The notes under the pieces: model-generated
What the model saw: the letters and a program-made list of their open reading frames with translations, nothing else
Told to the model about the DNA's origin: nothing
Databases searched by the model: none
Assembly (NCBI GenBank): GCA_963700635.1
Contig: CAVOYH010000002.1
Coordinates: 32,001 to 96,000 of the forward strand
Reading direction: 5' to 3'
Source: an uncultured Bacteroidota bacterium
GTDB taxonomy: Bacteria > Bacteroidota > Ignavibacteria > UBA10030 > UBA6906
Length of the DNA stretch: 64,000 nucleotides
Made by a program: the position numbers and the translations under genes
Shown: piece after piece, positions 60,814-64,000 of the stretch
How the letters are laid out: every line of letters starts with the position of its first letter
How positions within the stretch are numbered: position 1 is the first letter of the stretch

Positions 60814-62111
60814 GCTGGATGGATATCTACCGGGAACGTACGGTCTCTCCGGAGAAGGCCGCGGCCGTCATTCAATCCGGCTTCCGCATTTTCCTTACCG
60901 GGAACTGCTCCGTCCCGCAAAAAGTCCTTGCCGCGTTCGTGGCCCGCGCAAAGAGTCTGCAGAATGTCGAAATCGTCCAGGTCCTCACCATCGGTAACGC
61001 AGACTATGTTGCACCCGAGATGGCCGGGCACATCCGCGTGAACACGTTGTTCATCAGCGACAATGTGCGGCAGGCGGTCAACGAGGGGAGAGCAGACTTC
61101 ACCCCCTGCTTCCTTTCCGAAATCCCGGGGCTCTTCAAGAATGGCTACCTCCCGCTGGATGTGGCGATGATACACGTCAGCCCTCCTGATGAACACGGTT
61201 TTTGCTCTTTCGGGGTCGAGGTGGGCGTCACAAAGACTGCAGCACAATCCGCGCGGGTGGTGATCGCCGAAGTGAATCCGAATATGCCACGAACACTCGG
61301 GGACTCATTCATCCACGTCTCGAAGATTAATTTTATCGTGCCCGTGGAGTATGCACTCCCCGAAACACCCATGGGCGGGAGCTCGGAGATTTCCGAGCGG
61401 ATCGCAAAATATATCGCCGGTATGATCCCCGATGGAGCCACCCTGCAGATGGGTATCGGCGGAATTCCGGATGCGGTTCTCCATCAGCTGATGAACCACA
61501 AGCATCTGGGTGTGCACACAGAGATGTTCTCCGATGGTATCATCGACCTCGTCGAGAGGGGCGTCATTGACGGTGAAATGAAAACGCTCCACCCCGGAAA
61601 AATTGTTGCGGGATTTATGCTCGGGACAAAGCGCCTCTACGACTTTGTCCATGATAATCCGGTCGTGGAATTACATCCCACGGAATATGTGAATGATCCC
61701 TTTGTCATTGCCCAGAACGCGAAGGCCGTGGCGATTAACAGCGCCATCGAAGTGGATCTGACGGGCCAGGTGTGTTCGGACAGCATCGGCCCGCGGTTCT
61801 ACAGCGGTGTAGGCGGACAGGTTGATTTTATCTACGGCGCGTCGCGAAGCAAAGGCGGGATTCCGATCATCGCACTGCCGTCCACCGCACAAGTGAAAGG
61901 GATCCCGACCAGCAAAATTGTTCCCGCAATCAAACTCGGGGGTGGTGTGGTCACGACGCGTAATCATGTGCGCCTCGTGGTGACGGAACATGGTGTGGCC
62001 GACCTCTACGGAAAACGGGTGCGCGACCGGGCAAGGGCATTGATCAGCATCGCGGCCCCTGAGTTCCGCGAGGAGCTTGAGAAGAACGCGCGCGAACTGA
62101 AATACCTGTGA
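60810..62111 (+). CDS. acetyl-CoA hydrolase / 4-hydroxybutyrate CoA-transferase family
   Basis: LQMGIGGIP, HTEM, SGVGGQVDF, VTEHGVA. Confidence 0.95.
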   Translation: MSWMDIYRERTVSPEKAAAVIQSGFRIFLTGNCSVPQKVLAAFVARAKSLQNVEIVQVLTIGNADYVAPEMAGHIRVNTLFISDNVRQAVNEGRADFTPCFLSEIPGLFKNGYLPLDVAMIHVSPPDEHGFCSFGVEVGVTKTAAQSARVVIAEVNPNMPRTLGDSFIHVSKINFIVPVEYALPETPMGGSSEISERIAKYIAGMIPDGATLQMGIGGIPDAVLHQLMNHKHLGVHTEMFSDGIIDLVERGVIDGEMKTLHPGKIVAGFMLGTKRLYDFVHDNPVVELHPTEYVNDPFVIAQNAKAVAINSAIEVDLTGQVCSDSIGPRFYSGVGGQVDFIYGASRSKGGIPIIALPSTAQVKGIPTSKIVPAIKLGGGVVTTRNHVRLVVTEHGVADLYGKRVRDRARALISIAAPEFREELEKNARELKYL

Positions 62112-62153
62112 CAGAATATTCGAAAAGAGTGTCAATCGTGCCGGACCTGCACC

Positions 62154-63899
62154 ATGGATAGAAAGGAAGTTTCACGTATTCTCGAGGAGATGGGAACTCT
62201 GCTGGAATTGCAGGGGGCCAATCCCTTTAAGTCCCGCGCATTTCATAATGCCGCACGGACACTCCAGGGAATGACCGAAGATCTTGCCGCCGCGGTGGAG
62301 TCCGGCACCATCAGGAAGGTGAAGGGCATTGGTGAGGGGATTTCGAAGGTTATCGGGGACCTGGTCTCGACCGGACACTCCAAAGACTACGATGAAGTCC
62401 GGAAAGGGATACCCGACGGCGTTCTGGAAATGTTGCGGATCCAGGGACTCGGGCCAAAAAAGATCAGAATTCTGCACGAAAAGCTGAAGATATCATCGAT
62501 CGACGAGCTGGAGGCGGCTGCCAGAAATGGCCGGTTGGCGGACCTGGATGGTTTCGGGAAGAAAACTGAAGAGAACATTCTCACGGGAATTCAAGCGGTC
62601 CGGAGCCGAAGCGATAAATCCCTGTTTCCCGCGGCGGAACAGGCGGCGCAGCAGATTCTTGCGAGTCTCGCGGAAGAGCGTGGAATCCTCCGCTCCTCAG
62701 TCGCCGGGAGCTTACGGCGCCGGAAGGAGATCATCGGGGATATCGATCTGCTCGTGAGTGCCACCGCGGCAGCCCGGAAAAAAATTATGTCCCGTTTTGT
62801 GTCGTTTCCCGATGTGGAACGGGTCATCGCACACGGAGAAACAAAATCCACCGTTGCACTGCGGCAGGGGATCAACTGCGACCTCCGGATTGTGACGGAC
62901 GATGAATTTCCCTTTGCGCTGAGTTATTTCACTGGCAGCAAAGAGCACAACGTGGAGATGCGCACCCGGGCAAAACGACTGGGATTGAGCCTGAATGAAT
63001 ACACGTTTTCGCCACTCGACGTAAAGGGGAAAAAGGCGGCAAAGATTCCGCGGGTGCGTTCGGAAGAAGACCTCTACAGGGTGCTGGGACTGTCGTATGT
63101 GCCTCCGGAACTGCGCGAACAGATGGGAGAGTTTGAAGCAGCGGAAAAGAACACCCTCCCTGAACTCGTCCAGGAATCAGACCTCCGGGGTACCCTCCAT
63201 TGCCATACGACCGCCAGCGATGGAGATCATACGCTCAAGCAAATGGTTGATGCTGCAAGAACCTACGGGTGGGAGTACCTCGGGATCGCCGATCACAGTA
63301 AGGCAGCGTCGTACGCGGGGGGACTCACTCCTGATGACGTGCGCCAGCAGATCCGCGCAATTGATACGCTTAATGAGGAGATGGACGGATTTACGGTACT
63401 GAAGGGGACGGAGTGCGATATTCTTGCGGATGGATCGCTGGATTGGCCGGAAAAGATCCTCGCTCTTTTTGACTATGTCGTCGTATCAGTACACAGTCAG
63501 TTCAGAATGACCGAAGCGGAGATGACCAGGCGGGTTGTCACGGCCCTGCGGCATCCCCGCGTTACGATGCTGGGTCACCCGACCGGCCGGCTGCTGCTCT
63601 CCCGTGACCCTTATCCCATCGATATGGTGCAGGTGATCAGGGCCGCCGCCGATTATGGCAAGGCCATCGAAATAAATGCGCACCCCATGCGGTTTGATCT
63701 TGACTGGCGTCTGTGTAAATTCGCAAAGGAGCAGGGTGTGAAGATTTTTATCAACCCCGACGCGCACAACATGGATGGACTACGGGATACCCTGTACGGT
63801 GTCGGCATTGCACGAAAGGGGTGGCTCACAACGGCGGATGTGGTGAACACATGGCCAACCGCAGAGGTGAAAAAATATCTTAACGGGAGAGGGAGGTGA
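62154..63899 (+). CDS. polX: DNA polymerase/3'-5' exonuclease PolX
   Basis: HhH motifs, GSLRR, GDIDLL, FTGSKEHN, PHP motifs HCHT, DH, HP, DAH. Confidence 0.97.
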   Translation: MDRKEVSRILEEMGTLLELQGANPFKSRAFHNAARTLQGMTEDLAAAVESGTIRKVKGIGEGISKVIGDLVSTGHSKDYDEVRKGIPDGVLEMLRIQGLGPKKIRILHEKLKISSIDELEAAARNGRLADLDGFGKKTEENILTGIQAVRSRSDKSLFPAAEQAAQQILASLAEERGILRSSVAGSLRRRKEIIGDIDLLVSATAAARKKIMSRFVSFPDVERVIAHGETKSTVALRQGINCDLRIVTDDEFPFALSYFTGSKEHNVEMRTRAKRLGLSLNEYTFSPLDVKGKKAAKIPRVRSEEDLYRVLGLSYVPPELREQMGEFEAAEKNTLPELVQESDLRGTLHCHTTASDGDHTLKQMVDAARTYGWEYLGIADHSKAASYAGGLTPDDVRQQIRAIDTLNEEMDGFTVLKGTECDILADGSLDWPEKILALFDYVVVSVHSQFRMTEAEMTRRVVTALRHPRVTMLGHPTGRLLLSRDPYPIDMVQVIRAAADYGKAIEINAHPMRFDLDWRLCKFAKEQGVKIFINPDAHNMDGLRDTLYGVGIARKGWLTTADVVNTWPTAEVKKYLNGRGR

Positions 63900-63906
63900 C
63901 GATCCT

Positions 63907-64000
63907 ATGCGAATGAACGGACGTGCGTCCTGGGGTATTATCCTTATTGCCGCCGGGGTCTTCTTTTTGCTGGACGGTCTGCAGGTGCTGGATGCAGGGG
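63907..64000 (+). CDS. membrane protein, 3'-partial (LiaF/DUF5668-like N-terminus)
   Basis: MRMNGRASWGIILIAAGVFFLLDGL; GGAGG upstream. Confidence 0.55.
   Translation, partial: MRMNGRASWGIILIAAGVFFLLDGLQVLDAG

Noticed and set aside
62154-63899. PolX as an inactive non-canonical variant
   Set aside because: GDID and downstream DLR aspartates and PHP ligands are present; looks canonical.
1-64000. CRISPR array, cas genes, rRNA, retron or DGR reverse transcriptase
   Set aside because: No regularly spaced repeat-spacer array, rRNA motif or RT motif seen.

Overview
Bacterial chromosome segment, most likely Ignavibacteria/FCB group (inferred from T9SS C-terminal sorting domains and gene style). 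It has two parts. (1) 1-13,478 is a decaying genomic island abutting the 3' end of tRNA-Ser(GCT), with a truncated phage-type integrase. It contains an integrase-less integron cassette array: an attI-like site at ~2572-2590, attC sites at 3149-3270, 3733-3790, 4430-4567 (damaged), 10670-10827 (R'' box replaced by an IS110 end) and 12909-12927 (collapsed). The cassettes carry a VOC protein, a SnoaL-like protein, a reversed higBA toxin-antitoxin pair and an AT-rich S9 peptidase pseudogene. The array is interrupted by an ars/redox operon, a direct-repeat-flanked T9SS cargo gene and an internally deleted IS110 that keeps a candidate bridge/seek-RNA region. (2) 13,479-64,000 is core genome: SLBB export protein and wzz, tRNA-Arg, tRNA-Ala directly followed by SRP RNA, rng, gcvT, comB, ftsK, lolA, ppiA, holA, a TPR/beta-barrel/SPOR/ExbBD-TonB operon, wcaJ, gmhA, alaS, clpS, an aconitase followed by an out-of-frame histone-H1-like tail, bacilliredoxin, peptidases, serA, a divergent ald, a CoA-transferase and polX. 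All product calls come from motif recognition by eye; no searches were run. Several single-base frameshifts may be assembly errors.
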